Positions 24,326 through 34,871 of a stretch of 64,000 nt of DNA are shown here, piece by piece. Origin of the DNA: an uncultured Enteractinococcus sp. (lineage in GTDB: Bacteria > Actinomycetota > Actinomycetes > Actinomycetales > Micrococcaceae); assembly GCA_964482935.1 (NCBI GenBank), contig CAZAAP010000001.1:5569-69568 (forward strand). The letters run 5' to 3'. Numbering within the stretch: position 1 is the first letter of the stretch; every line of letters begins with the position of its first letter. The notes under the pieces are model-generated. The model saw only the letters and a list, made by a program, of their open reading frames with translations, searched no databases and was not told where the DNA came from. A program made the position numbers and the translations under genes.

Positions 24326-26029
24326 ATGACTGACCTTTTGGCAACAGCGCGTCAGTGGCTGACCCTGGACCCGGCAAATGCCGAGGTGCTGACCAAGGAA
24401 ATCGACGCCGCAGAAGCCGGTGACGACGCAGCCCTGGCCGCTTTGACAGCACGGTTTGCCGGGTATCTGACGTTTGGCACCGCAGGTCTTCGGGCACCCT
24501 TGGGACCGGGTACTACACGCATGAATCGAGTCGTAGTACAACGGGCAGCCGCAGGGATCGCGGATTTCGCCCAGCAGCACGTGACCGATCCTCAGGTGGT
24601 CATTGGTTACGATGCACGCCACGGCTCACAAGACTTTGCAATTGATTCCGCAGCGGTTTTGACCGCCGCTGGTTGTCATGTCCGCCTGATGTCCCACAGG
24701 ACTCCAACACCAGTGTTGGCATTTGCGCTGAAACACTTTCAAGCTGATATCGGAATCATGGTCACCGCTTCCCACAACCCACCTGCGGACAACGGGTACA
24801 AGGTCTATCTAGGTTCGCGTTTGGTGGCACCAGACGATGCTGCCGGAGCGTACGGTCAGCTCACCGCCCCGACCGACCGTCTCATCGCAGGGCACATCCA
24901 AGAGTGGAATACGGCACCACAGCTCCCACCACGGGCCGAGACGGGTTGGGAGTACATTGCAGACGCCGTCATCGATGAATACGTGGCCGCTGTTGCCCAG
25001 TTCCTCAGTGACCTCTCCCCGACCTCATCGCACCGAGCCGAGTTGAACATCGTGTATACCGCGATGCACGGGGTCGGAGCCGACACGTTTACTCGGCTTC
25101 TTCAAGCCACGGGATTTCGTGCACCGCAGCTGGTGTCGAGCCAAGCGGACCCCGATCCGGGATTTCCCACGGTAGGCTTCCCTAATCCTGAAGAGCCCGG
25201 TGCTTTAGAGGAATCATTTGCCACTGCGGCAGCTCATCCGCAAACCGATCTGATCGTGGCTCACGATCCGGATGCCGATAGATTAGCTATCGCGGTAGCA
25301 GACAATGGCCAGTGGCGACGTCTGTCAGGGGATGCAGTGGGGTTGATCCTCGGAGCACGATTGATGCCGTATATGGTCGCCCGCGACCTTGCGGTAGCAA
25401 ATTCCATCGTTTCGGCACCCCAGTTGGCGCAATTGGCCAGTCAACACGATGTGCGGCATGAAGTCACACCTACCGGCTTCAAATGGATCTGTCGGGTTAG
25501 CGAGCTGGGGTACGGCTACGAAGAGGCGCTCGGCTATGCAGTGGCCCCGCACCTGGTCAACGATAAAGACGGACTCTCGGCCGCTGTGGTGATGCTCGAT
25601 CTAGCAGCTGAGCTTAAAGCTGCCGGCTCGGATTTGTTGACCTATCTGGATAAGCTGACCGCTGCGATGGGACCCACACTGACTGATCAGGTCGCCGTTG
25701 TGGTGCCGTCCCCGTCCGTAGGGGCATTGTTGGTCGATGATTTGCGTGCCAACCCACCCAGTGAGTTGACCGGTTTGGCACCGGTGACCGTCGTTGACTA
25801 TCAACATCCTGAGGTGCCGCTCGCTCAGCGATACGGGCCGATGAATATGTTGGAGTTTTCCACGAGCGGACCGCTATCGGCGCGGTTGATGATCCGACCA
25901 TCCGGTACTGAACCGAAGATCAAATGTTATGTTTCTGTCACAGCCGCCCCCGGCACGTCTCTCGAAACGGCACAGACCGTTTTGTCGCAACTGCGAGATG
26001 AAGCTTCCGCCCTTGTCCAAATCACATAA
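24326..26029 (+). CDS. Phospho-sugar mutase (PGM/PMM family)
   Basis: FGTAGLR, TASHNP, DPDADR, YEEALG, RPSGTEPKIK. Confidence 0.93.
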   Translation: MTDLLATARQWLTLDPANAEVLTKEIDAAEAGDDAALAALTARFAGYLTFGTAGLRAPLGPGTTRMNRVVVQRAAAGIADFAQQHVTDPQVVIGYDARHGSQDFAIDSAAVLTAAGCHVRLMSHRTPTPVLAFALKHFQADIGIMVTASHNPPADNGYKVYLGSRLVAPDDAAGAYGQLTAPTDRLIAGHIQEWNTAPQLPPRAETGWEYIADAVIDEYVAAVAQFLSDLSPTSSHRAELNIVYTAMHGVGADTFTRLLQATGFRAPQLVSSQADPDPGFPTVGFPNPEEPGALEESFATAAAHPQTDLIVAHDPDADRLAIAVADNGQWRRLSGDAVGLILGARLMPYMVARDLAVANSIVSAPQLAQLASQHDVRHEVTPTGFKWICRVSELGYGYEEALGYAVAPHLVNDKDGLSAAVVMLDLAAELKAAGSDLLTYLDKLTAAMGPTLTDQVAVVVPSPSVGALLVDDLRANPPSELTGLAPVTVVDYQHPEVPLAQRYGPMNMLEFSTSGPLSARLMIRPSGTEPKIKCYVSVTAAPGTSLETAQTVLSQLRDEASALVQIT

Positions 26030-26038
26030 GGAGACCCC

Positions 26039-26734
26039 GTGTCCGCTACCGTCCCGCTGACCCCCTCCCAGGTCGATGAACTCGACCCCCAACAGTTGGC
26101 AGCGATGATTGATCACACGCTACTGGCACCCACCGCAACGGCCCAAGACGTGGCCAAACTGTGCGATCAGGCGGCTGAGTTTGAAACCGCTTCGGTGTGT
26201 GTGCAACCGATCTGGGTAGCCCAGGCCACAAGACGCCTGGCTGAGTCACCCGTAAAGATTTGCACGGTGATCGGTTTTCCTTCTGGCGCCCAGACTCCAG
26301 AGACCAAGTCCTTTGAAACAGCCCAGGCAATTGCCAACGGCGCAGAAGAGGTCGATATGGTGATCAACCAGGCAGCCGCGCTGGTTGCTGACAAGTCGGT
26401 CCTGCTGCGGGACATTGGCGCTGTGGTTGATGCCGCGCGGGGGCACGACGTCCTGGTCAAGGTCATTTTGGAGACAGCGGCCTTGACCGATCAGGCAAAG
26501 ATCTTGGCATGCGAAGCAGCCGTTGAGGCGGGTGCTGATTTCGTAAAGACCTCGACTGGCTTCGGGCCGGGCGGGGCGACCGTCGCCGACGTCGCACTGA
26601 TGCGCAAGGTGGTGGGCAGTAAGCTCGGCGTTAAGGCCTCCGGCGGCATTCGAACCCGTCAGGATGCCGTGGAGATGCTCAGAGCCGGTGCAACCCGGCT
26701 AGGCGCCAGCTCGACTTACGCTATTCTTAGTTAA
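26039..26734 (+). CDS. deoC: Deoxyribose-phosphate aldolase
   Basis: IDHTLL, VIGFPSG, KVILET, FVKTSTGF, VKASGGIR. Confidence 0.97.
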   Translation: MSATVPLTPSQVDELDPQQLAAMIDHTLLAPTATAQDVAKLCDQAAEFETASVCVQPIWVAQATRRLAESPVKICTVIGFPSGAQTPETKSFETAQAIANGAEEVDMVINQAAALVADKSVLLRDIGAVVDAARGHDVLVKVILETAALTDQAKILACEAAVEAGADFVKTSTGFGPGGATVADVALMRKVVGSKLGVKASGGIRTRQDAVEMLRAGATRLGASSTYAILS

Positions 26735-26797
26735 CAACACATCATCGCACCGTCGCTCAAGCTATGCTGGCGACAGTAGAATTTCTGAAAGAACGAG

Positions 26798-27079
26798 GTG
26801 TCCCCCTTGATTCGTGACGGTAAACCGGCAAATTTCTCCGGTGAAGGCAATACCGCTGGCAACTGGATTATGTACGGCGTCGTACTGTTGCTCTTCATTG
26901 TTGGTCTGTACATGTTGAACTTTTTGAGCTTTGGCACCGTGTGGATTCCCATGGGTGGCCTGATCTTGCTAGGTTCGCTAGCATTCGCGATTCCTAAGGA
27001 AGTCATTGGGCGTTCCAACACCGTGGATGAGGGTTTTGTAACTGATCCAATTCACGAAACAAAATCACCAAATCTCTAA
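26798..27079 (+). CDS. Small membrane protein, unknown function
   Basis: Two hydrophobic segments; followed by strong terminator. Confidence 0.6.
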   Translation: MSPLIRDGKPANFSGEGNTAGNWIMYGVVLLLFIVGLYMLNFLSFGTVWIPMGGLILLGSLAFAIPKEVIGRSNTVDEGFVTDPIHETKSPNL

Positions 27080-27101
27080 AAACTCTCGCAACGAGTTAAC
27101 A

Positions 27102-27136
27102 AACAGCACCCGGGGTCTGTTACCCCGGGTGCTGTT
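27102..27136 (+). terminator. Rho-independent terminator
   Basis: AACAGCACCCGGGGT-ctgtt-ACCCCGGGTGCTGTT 15-bp stem followed by T-rich tail. Confidence 0.8.
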
Positions 27137-27150
27137 ATGTTTGCGCCCTT

Positions 27151-28209
27151 ATGAACCTCACACAACGAAATCTCGGCATCGATGCGCTCCGCGTCTTTTC
27201 GATCGTCATGGTCATCCTCGGACACGCGGGAACCTTTGACGGCTCCAGCTTGTTAGCCCTGTGGCGGATGCCACTGTTCTTCATTCTCTCGGGATTCTTC
27301 CTGGTCCCCTACCGTCGCTCCCTACGAGGAGAACTTGCCAGACGCTGGGAGACATTAATTATCCCGTATCTGACCTGGTCAATGGTCATCACCTTGGTCT
27401 TGGTGGCGCTGAAATGGGATAACCCAACGGACCTGCTGCACCACCTGTACACCGGATGGCGCGGCGGCACCGGCAGATCTGTGTTCTGGATGTCATCATG
27501 GTTTCTGTTCACCCTGGCGCTATCCGCCGTAATTGTACGGTACTTAGAACGTTTTCCGCGTTGGGTGGTTTGGGTGATAGCTATAGCCGGGCTCGTTGCC
27601 ACACGTCTTCTCGAATACTTCCGGCATATTGAGGTCCTTGATGCGCATCCTTTTGCAGAACTACCTTTGCGATTGGGCATCAGCTTACCGGTGATCTTTT
27701 ATCTGCTTATCGGCCAAGAGATTCGCACTCGCGTTATGCCAGTAGTCCAAGAGCTCTCCACGACACGCGCATCATCAATCGGAGCGGTCTTAGTCATAGC
27801 GCCCCTCGTGCTCGCCCACCACTTCAGTATCGCGCCGCATTACATTCATGCCGGCCGCTTTGGCTGGCCTTTCATTACCCCTGGGATTGCCATCACGGTC
27901 ACCGTCGGGTTTCTTATGATCTTTGCTACCCTGGTGAACCGGATCCTGCTGCAATGGCAGGCCGCAGCTCTGATCGTGGGACGTCTTGCACGAACTGGCT
28001 CGACCGTAGTCCTGTGTCACGGGCTCATCCTGCTGTGGACGTACGCTCTCGGATTCAATTCCAGCTCATTTACGGACTTATTCATCCGTTTTGGCATCAC
28101 TGCCACCGCAGCATTCGCCGTGGGACTGATTATCAATATGACACCCGCGGCTCGTACACTAGCTGGAGTACCTCAGGAAAGACTAGTTCGGGTAGCAACT
28201 GCTGCCTAA
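27151..28209 (+). CDS. Acyltransferase-3 family membrane O-acyltransferase
   Basis: RNLGIDALR...VILGH, RMPLFFILSG, LIIPY, WFL; multiple TM helices. Confidence 0.9.
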   Translation: MNLTQRNLGIDALRVFSIVMVILGHAGTFDGSSLLALWRMPLFFILSGFFLVPYRRSLRGELARRWETLIIPYLTWSMVITLVLVALKWDNPTDLLHHLYTGWRGGTGRSVFWMSSWFLFTLALSAVIVRYLERFPRWVVWVIAIAGLVATRLLEYFRHIEVLDAHPFAELPLRLGISLPVIFYLLIGQEIRTRVMPVVQELSTTRASSIGAVLVIAPLVLAHHFSIAPHYIHAGRFGWPFITPGIAITVTVGFLMIFATLVNRILLQWQAAALIVGRLARTGSTVVLCHGLILLWTYALGFNSSSFTDLFIRFGITATAAFAVGLIINMTPAARTLAGVPQERLVRVATAA

Positions 28210-28225
28210 TCATTGAAACGGACTT

Positions 28226-29314
28226 ATGACCACCACTCGCTCAGCTCGCAACGTCGGCATCGATCTGCTTCGAGTTTTTTCGATCATGATGGTTGTGATT
28301 GGTCACGCCGGCTATTTTCAGAATGCCGAACTCCTCACCATCTGGCGGATGCCCTTATTCTTCATGCTTTCGGGTTTCTTTTTCAGCCCGGGACGCACCT
28401 TCCGCTCGGAGTTCACTCGCCGATGGGACACACTGATCATCCCCTATCTGGCATGGTCGGTCCTCATATCGGCGTGGATTATCACCGTGGAGTGGGGTCA
28501 GGATGATGTGATCTTAGAACACCTGCATACCGGCTGGGTCGGAGGTTCAGGCCAGTCGATTTTTTGGATGGCTGCCTGGTTTATCACCACCCTGGCTGGT
28601 GCCACACTACTACGTCGGCTGTTAGAACCGCTCGGTCCGGCGGTAGTTTGGTGTGTGGCCATCCTTGGAGTAACGACGTCGTTTGTATGTTACCGGCTCG
28701 TTAGCATCGGAGTCTTCGACGCGCACCCGCTGGTAGATACTCCCCTGCGGATAGGGCTGGCCTGGCCGGTGATGTTTTATCTGTTAGTTGGTGAACTGCT
28801 GCGCAAATTGTTAATGCCCTTGGTGCGTAAGTATTCGTCGCATGTGCTCGCCACACTTGGGCTCGTTGTCGTAACCATCGCGCTATGGATCACTTATGCC
28901 ACAGATGTGGGGGCACATTATATTCAGGTCGGTGATTTCGGCACTATCGTAGCGACGCCGCTCATCGCTATCGCCGTGACCGTGGGTTTTATTCTTATTT
29001 TTGCCACCTGGGTCAACGAGGGATTACAGAAACTCCCCACCGCGCAGGCCGTGGTCTCCAGGCTGGTACGTACAGGTACCGCTGTTGTCTTCTTCCACGG
29101 CCTAGTCTTGGTGTGGATGTACCAAAATGGTTTCGGCGACGACTCGCTGGCACACCTGTTATTACGGATGGGCGTGGCACTGGTCATTTCGTTTATCATC
29201 GGACTGATGATCAACTCAACGCCTGCGTCACGCCTCCTGTCAGGGTCACCCCAAGAACGAAAGTTCTTCCGACGACGCCAGGACGCTAGTTCTCTCCGAA
29301 AATATTCTCGATAA
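28226..29314 (+). CDS. Acyltransferase-3 family membrane O-acyltransferase (paralog)
   Basis: RNVGIDLLR...VIGH, RMPLFFMLSG, LIIPY. Confidence 0.9.
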   Translation: MTTTRSARNVGIDLLRVFSIMMVVIGHAGYFQNAELLTIWRMPLFFMLSGFFFSPGRTFRSEFTRRWDTLIIPYLAWSVLISAWIITVEWGQDDVILEHLHTGWVGGSGQSIFWMAAWFITTLAGATLLRRLLEPLGPAVVWCVAILGVTTSFVCYRLVSIGVFDAHPLVDTPLRIGLAWPVMFYLLVGELLRKLLMPLVRKYSSHVLATLGLVVVTIALWITYATDVGAHYIQVGDFGTIVATPLIAIAVTVGFILIFATWVNEGLQKLPTAQAVVSRLVRTGTAVVFFHGLVLVWMYQNGFGDDSLAHLLLRMGVALVISFIIGLMINSTPASRLLSGSPQERKFFRRRQDASSLRKYSR

Positions 29315-32300
29315 ACTCCCTGGCCCATGCCAACAGTTCAGCATCGACGAGGTCTTTACCGGTAACCGCTTGCGTTTTGGGCCGAGGCACCATAATGCCC
29401 TTAAGCGGAGCCCGGTGAGTAGCTCCTGGATACATCCGTTTCATACGCATCGCACGAGAATCCGGAAGCTCTTCAACCGGCCCGAACTTGATGTTCTTGC
29501 CCATGAGCATGATCTCGTAGATCCCGAATTCGCGAGCGGTGTTGCGGAAGTTTGCCACTGCGACCAGGTTTTCTGCGGCATCCGGTAGCTCACCGTAACG
29601 GTCCTGAAGCTCTTCGACAGCAGCATTGACGGCTGCCTCATCAGAGGCCTGTGCCAGATTACGGTAGGCCTCCAGGCGCAGCCGTTCACCCGGCACATAG
29701 TCATGTGGCAAATGAGCGTTGACCGGCAGTTCGACTTTCACTTCCTGTGGCGAGGTATCTTCTTCGCCCTTGAAATCGGCCACGGCTTCGCCAACCATGC
29801 GAAGATACAGATCGAATCCAACACCGGCGATGTGGCCTGACTGTTCCCCACCCAGCAGGTTGCCAGCACCGCGGATTTCTAAGTCCTTCTGGGCTAACTG
29901 CAAACCCGAACCCAGCTCATTATGTGTCGCGACAGCTTTCAGACGTTCCATAGCAGTCTCATTGAGTGGCCGGCCGGAATCATACAAGAAATAGGCGTAC
30001 GCGCGGTCGCGACCACGACCCACTCGGCCGCGCAACTGGTGAAGCTGCGACAGGCCGTAGCGCTGGGCGTCTTCGATGATCAGGGTGTTGGCATTGGCGA
30101 TGTCTAGCCCGGTCTCGATAATGGTGGTGGACACAAGAACGTCGTATTCTTTTTCCCAGAAATCGACCATAATCTGTTCCAACGTGGTTTCCGACATGCG
30201 CCCGTGGGCGACAGCGACCCGTGCCTCTGGGATAAGCTCTTGGATTCGTGCCGCGACCTTATTGATACTGTTGACCCGGTTGTGGACATAGAACACCTGA
30301 CCTTCACGCATCATTTCACGTCGAATCGCAGCGGTGATCTGCTTATCCGTATACGGCCCCACATAAGTCAATACCGGGTGTCGTTGTTCGGGTGGCGTAG
30401 CCAGCGTAGAGGTCTCTCGAATTCCGGTCATCGACATTTCCAAGGTACGCGGAATCGGGGTAGCGGTCATCGCTAACACGTCAACGTTGGTGCGCAACTG
30501 CTTGAGCTTTTCTTTGTGTTCGACACCGAATCGCTGTTCTTCGTCGATGATCACTAGACCGAGGTCTTTGAATTGGATTTCTTCAGATAACAGTCGGTGG
30601 GTCCCAATTACCATGTCGACGCTGCCGTCGGCCAGGCCATTGACCGTATCACGCGACTCTTTAGTCTTTTGGAAACGCGATAGGGCTCGAACTGTTATCG
30701 GGAAACCAGCAAAGCGTTCAGTAAAGGTCTCGGTGTGTTGGCGTGCCAATAACGTCGTCGGCACTAACAGTGCGACCTGTTTGCCATCTTGAATCGCCTT
30801 GAATGCCGCGCGGACTGCAACTTCAGTCTTGCCAAAGCCCACGTCGCCAGCGACCAGACGGTCCATGGGCACTTCTGTTTCCATGTCCTGTTTGACTTCT
30901 TCAACTGTGGTCAGCTGGTCTGGCGTTTCGATATGGGGGAAAGCTTCCTCCAATTCAGCCTGCCACGGAGTATCCGGTGAGAAAGCATGACCGGTGGTGG
31001 CCATACGTGCCGAATACAGTTGGATGAGTTCTTTGGCAATCTCTCGAGTAGCGCGACGGGCTTTCGACTTGGTCTGAGCCCAGTCAGATCCCCCCATTTT
31101 TGAAAGAGTGGGCGCGTCACCACCGACATATTGGCTGACCTGATCGAGCTGATCGGTCGGGACAAAGAGTCGGTCTCCTGCCCCTCCGCGTTTGGATGGC
31201 GCAAATTCTAAGACCAGGTATTCTCGGTATCCCTCTTCACCAGCGGTAGACCTGGCTCCGGCCACTTTGCGGCGCTGCAGCTCGATGAACTTGGCGATCC
31301 CGTGTTGATTATGGACAACGAAGTCACCTTCTTCTAGTGCTAACGGGTCGACTGCATTGCGACGCTTGCGTGCCAGCGAACGCTTTTCACCGCGTTGCGT
31401 GCCTGCCGCTTGACGACCGAATAGGTCGTACTCGGTAACGACCGCTAAGCGTTCTGCTGCCCAGGCGAACCCGGCGCCGAGGCTAGCCACCGTGATCTGG
31501 ATGTGAGCGGGCTTGGCCTCGGTAATGCAGTCCACAACGGTTGCGCTATGGCCTGCTTCGTTGAAGATTTCTGCAAGACGTCGAGCAGGTCCGGGGCCGT
31601 GGGTGGCCACTGCGATCGACCATTTGTCTCGAATCCGGTTCCCCACGTGTTCCATGAGGGCTGGTACATCCCCGGCAAACTGAGCCGGCGCAGTAAAGCC
31701 AGTCCGCAACGCGGTGGCGTCGAAGGTTTGATCCATCTCAAAGGCGGTGAACTGCCACCATCCTTGATCTCGTTCCAAAGCGATGCTGCGAGTGTCGCCC
31801 AGTGTGGCAAAGCCACCGGCCTCTTGCTGGTTTTCCACCGGGGCTGCCAGTCCCTCACCGGCTGCCGCCCAGGCTGCGGCAAGGAACTCCTCGTTGGTTT
31901 CTAGTAGGTCGTGGACCCGAGAGCGAACTTTTTCTGGCTCAACAACAATCGTGACAGAGCCTTCCGGGAGCACATCTAAAAAGGATTCCATCTCCGTGAC
32001 CAAGGGCGCCAGCGATTCCATGCCCTCGACTGCTACCCCGTTGGACATAGGCTCTAGGATCTCTAAAACATTGGGCATCGACACCTGCAGGTCTCGAGCT
32101 TTCTGCTGTACTTCTTCGGTCAGCAATAGTTCGCGGCACGGGGGCGCATACATCAAAGTCGGTGTCTCTGAGCCATCAGCGGAAGTATCTACCAGTGATC
32201 GTTGGTCAGCAATGGAGAAGTAGCGAATCTCCTCGACCTCGTCGCCAAAGAACTCGATGCGATACGGGTGGTCTTCGGTCGGTGGGAACACGTCAATAAT

Positions 32301-32891
32301 GCCACCCCGAACGGCGAATTCACCACGACGTGACACCATATCCACCCGCGAGTATGCAGCCTTGGCAAGATCTTGAACGACCTGTTCAAAATCGTAGAAT
32401 TCCCCGGTTTTTAGCAGCACTGGTTCTAGATCGCCCAGCCCTTTAACGATTGGCTGCACAATGGATCGCACCGGTGCGGTGAGCACCCGGAGTGGTGGTT
32501 GGCCATCTCGTCCTGGATGAGCCAATCTGCGCAATACCGCCATGCGCTCCCCCACAGTGTCGCTGCGCGGTGATAAGCGTTCGTGGGGCAGAGTTTCCCA
32601 GGATGGGAAGTGTGCGATGCTCGCAGGATCCATCCAGGCGCCCAGCCCTTGTGCGAGATCTTCGGCCTCCCGGGCCGTGGCCGTCACCAGCAGTACTACA
32701 GGTGCGCCGAATGACGCCTCCCTGAGAGACTCTGCCAAGGCGGCCGTGACTGCTTCGCGTGCGCCATCGGGCAAGGTCAGCGATAAGTCTTGGGTTCGAT
32801 TGGGGCGGGTGATGGAGGTCCGCATCGCAGATACCGCAGTATCCGCCCCTAGGAGGTCACGTAGCCCTGATAACACAGCGTCTTGAGACAA
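29286..32891 (-). CDS. mfd: Transcription-repair coupling factor
   Basis: WETLPHERLSP, RGGIIDVF, GDVGFGKTEVA, DEEQRFG, TATPIPRT, QLRGRVGR. Confidence 0.98.
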   Translation of the reverse strand: MSQDAVLSGLRDLLGADTAVSAMRTSITRPNRTQDLSLTLPDGAREAVTAALAESLREASFGAPVVLLVTATAREAEDLAQGLGAWMDPASIAHFPSWETLPHERLSPRSDTVGERMAVLRRLAHPGRDGQPPLRVLTAPVRSIVQPIVKGLGDLEPVLLKTGEFYDFEQVVQDLAKAAYSRVDMVSRRGEFAVRGGIIDVFPPTEDHPYRIEFFGDEVEEIRYFSIADQRSLVDTSADGSETPTLMYAPPCRELLLTEEVQQKARDLQVSMPNVLEILEPMSNGVAVEGMESLAPLVTEMESFLDVLPEGSVTIVVEPEKVRSRVHDLLETNEEFLAAAWAAAGEGLAAPVENQQEAGGFATLGDTRSIALERDQGWWQFTAFEMDQTFDATALRTGFTAPAQFAGDVPALMEHVGNRIRDKWSIAVATHGPGPARRLAEIFNEAGHSATVVDCITEAKPAHIQITVASLGAGFAWAAERLAVVTEYDLFGRQAAGTQRGEKRSLARKRRNAVDPLALEEGDFVVHNQHGIAKFIELQRRKVAGARSTAGEEGYREYLVLEFAPSKRGGAGDRLFVPTDQLDQVSQYVGGDAPTLSKMGGSDWAQTKSKARRATREIAKELIQLYSARMATTGHAFSPDTPWQAELEEAFPHIETPDQLTTVEEVKQDMETEVPMDRLVAGDVGFGKTEVAVRAAFKAIQDGKQVALLVPTTLLARQHTETFTERFAGFPITVRALSRFQKTKESRDTVNGLADGSVDMVIGTHRLLSEEIQFKDLGLVIIDEEQRFGVEHKEKLKQLRTNVDVLAMTATPIPRTLEMSMTGIRETSTLATPPEQRHPVLTYVGPYTDKQITAAIRREMMREGQVFYVHNRVNSINKVAARIQELIPEARVAVAHGRMSETTLEQIMVDFWEKEYDVLVSTTIIETGLDIANANTLIIEDAQRYGLSQLHQLRGRVGRGRDRAYAYFLYDSGRPLNETAMERLKAVATHNELGSGLQLAQKDLEIRGAGNLLGGEQSGHIAGVGFDLYLRMVGEAVADFKGEEDTSPQEVKVELPVNAHLPHDYVPGERLRLEAYRNLAQASDEAAVNAAVEELQDRYGELPDAAENLVAVANFRNTAREFGIYEIMLMGKNIKFGPVEELPDSRAMRMKRMYPGATHRAPLKGIMVPRPKTQAVTGKDLVDAELLAWAREFIENIFGEN

Positions 32892-33014
32892 AATTCAACT
32901 TCCCGTTTTTGGTAATAATCACGACCGGCGCACCCTTTAGCATATCGGTTTTCGGCCTTGCATCGTCTACACTTGCGTTCTATCCACTGTTAGCGAGCAG
33001 CAGAGAGTGAGCTC

Positions 33015-33539
33015 ATGGCTTTTCAAGAATCCACCGTCGTTTCCCACCCGCCACAGAAGGTTTTTGAAGGGTTAATTAGTAGAGATTTTCAACAACACGC
33101 TGCTGAGGATTTCCAGGCAACTGTTGATCAGTTCATGGTTACCCCGGCACAACCTGCAGCCAGTGACACCGTTAACGTGACCATTCACCGCAGTCTTGAT
33201 GGCAGCAAGATCGCGGATCGGTTGCCTTCGGCTGTGCAGCGTTTTGCTAAAGGTCGAGTACAGATCGAACAAACCGAAGCGTGGTCTGCTGCTGCCACTG
33301 ATGGTTCTCGAGATGCCAATGTCACGATCAAAGTCCCATTGGCCAAGGCTACTGGCACCGCTACCATCAAGCTCACCCCCACCGCTGATGCGTCGGGCAC
33401 AACCGTAGCGATTGCGGGATCTGTGGAGTCGAAAATTCCATTCATGGGATCCAAAATCGCTCAAATGGCGGAACCTCAGGTCGGGAAGCTACTCAGCGGC
33501 ATGACGAAGAAATTGGATGCCTGGCTTCAACAACATTAA
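33015..33539 (+). CDS. DUF2505 (SRPBCC-like) protein
   Basis: QTEAW, KIPFMGSKIA...AWL pattern. Confidence 0.75.
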   Translation: MAFQESTVVSHPPQKVFEGLISRDFQQHAAEDFQATVDQFMVTPAQPAASDTVNVTIHRSLDGSKIADRLPSAVQRFAKGRVQIEQTEAWSAAATDGSRDANVTIKVPLAKATGTATIKLTPTADASGTTVAIAGSVESKIPFMGSKIAQMAEPQVGKLLSGMTKKLDAWLQQH

Positions 33540-33555
33540 CCAGGATTAAAGATGG

Positions 33556-33588
33556 CGGCGGGGTGATTGTAGATCAATCATCCCGCCG
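33556..33588. terminator. Hairpin between convergent DUF2505 gene and pth
   Basis: CGGCGGGGTGATTG-tagat-CAATCATCCCGCCG. Confidence 0.7.
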
Positions 33589-33596
33589 TGGTCCTA

Positions 33597-34208
33597 CTAT
33601 GGCTTTTGATGGAACTGATTTTGGGCTGTCGTGAGTCCGCCTTCGATGAGCGCTTCAATCGCATCCGCCGCCCGGTCGATGTGCATCGTAAGCGTTTGTT
33701 GCTCGGTCGTTGAGAACGGCCGCAGCACGTAGTCAGCAGGGGCCATTCTTCCCGGCGGTCGGCCGATGCCGGCTCTTACACGCAAATAGTCTTTGGTACC
33801 GATGGCTTGAGAGATCGATTTCAGCCCGTTGTGGCCGCCTTCTCCCCCACCGCGTTTCAAGCGCAGCATATCGTAATCCACGTCAAGTTCATCGTGGACA
33901 ACAATCAGACTGTCGGGACCAAGGTCAAAGAACTTCATGAGGGCAGCTACGGGTTTGCCTGACAGGTTCATAAAGGTGGCCGGTTTCGCCAGTACGATTT
34001 TTGGGCCGCCTATGCCGAGACGGAATGCCGCAACGGCAGCACCCGCCTTATGCGTGGTCCAGCGTTGGGCATTCCGATTGGCAAGTTCGTTGACCACCAT
34101 GTGTCCGATATTGTGTCGGGTCGCGGCATAGCGGTCGCCGGGATTACCCAATCCCACCACCAGTACCGGACCGGTGGTGGGATCGAGTGCTCCTGTGGTG
34201 TGAGTCAA
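33597..34208 (-). CDS. pth: Peptidyl-tRNA hydrolase
   Basis: VGLGNPG, TRHNIG, FMNLSG, HDELD, GGHNGLKS. Confidence 0.97.
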   Translation of the reverse strand: MTHTTGALDPTTGPVLVVGLGNPGDRYAATRHNIGHMVVNELANRNAQRWTTHKAGAAVAAFRLGIGGPKIVLAKPATFMNLSGKPVAALMKFFDLGPDSLIVVHDELDVDYDMLRLKRGGGEGGHNGLKSISQAIGTKDYLRVRAGIGRPPGRMAPADYVLRPFSTTEQQTLTMHIDRAADAIEALIEGGLTTAQNQFHQKP

Positions 34209-34216
34209 GGGCTGAG

Positions 34217-34834
34217 TTACTCTCCGGCTTTGTCTTCAGCTACGGTTGGGACTTCGCCGTCAGATCCTTCGGTATCTTCGCCGAGGTCCTGATCGGTGAT
34301 TTCGTCGACGGTGGCGATCAGGTAGTCATCTTCAAGATCGATCGTGACGCCTTCTGGAAGGATCACGTCTGGGGCGTAGATGTGCTCACCGGCCGTGCGA
34401 TCGGTCAGATCGATCTGAACATATTCTGGAAGATCCAGGGCGTCAGCTTTAACCGGAATGGACGAGACCTGCATAACGTGGGCGTGCTCTGGTGCTGGTT
34501 CACCGATGACCTCAACCCAGACCTCAACGGTGACAAGTTCACCGCGACGGACCAAGATTAAGTCGACGTGGTCGACTTCTTCTTTGAGAGGGTTGCGCTG
34601 GATATCTTTTGGCAAAGCCATTTCAGAGTGGTCGCCTTCGGTCAGGCGAAGCAGCTGGTTAGCGTTACGCAGTGCCAGGAAGCCTTCGTGACGTGGCAGC
34701 AGTAGGTGGCGTGGTTCTTCGCCGTGGCCGTAGAGCACGGCTGGGATGTAACCATCACGACGTGCGCGACGGGATGCACCTTTACCAAAGTCGGTGCGGG
34801 TTTCAACGGTCAACTCGATGTAGTCAACAGCCAT
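34217..34834 (-). CDS. rplY: 50S ribosomal protein L25/Ctc
   Basis: RTDFGKGASRRARRDGYIPAVLYGHG; HVDL. Confidence 0.96.
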   Translation of the reverse strand: MAVDYIELTVETRTDFGKGASRRARRDGYIPAVLYGHGEEPRHLLLPRHEGFLALRNANQLLRLTEGDHSEMALPKDIQRNPLKEEVDHVDLILVRRGELVTVEVWVEVIGEPAPEHAHVMQVSSIPVKADALDLPEYVQIDLTDRTAGEHIYAPDVILPEGVTIDLEDDYLIATVDEITDQDLGEDTEGSDGEVPTVAEDKAGE

Positions 34835-34871
34835 GTGTATTCCTCCTGTAGTTCGTACGGTGCATTAAGCA

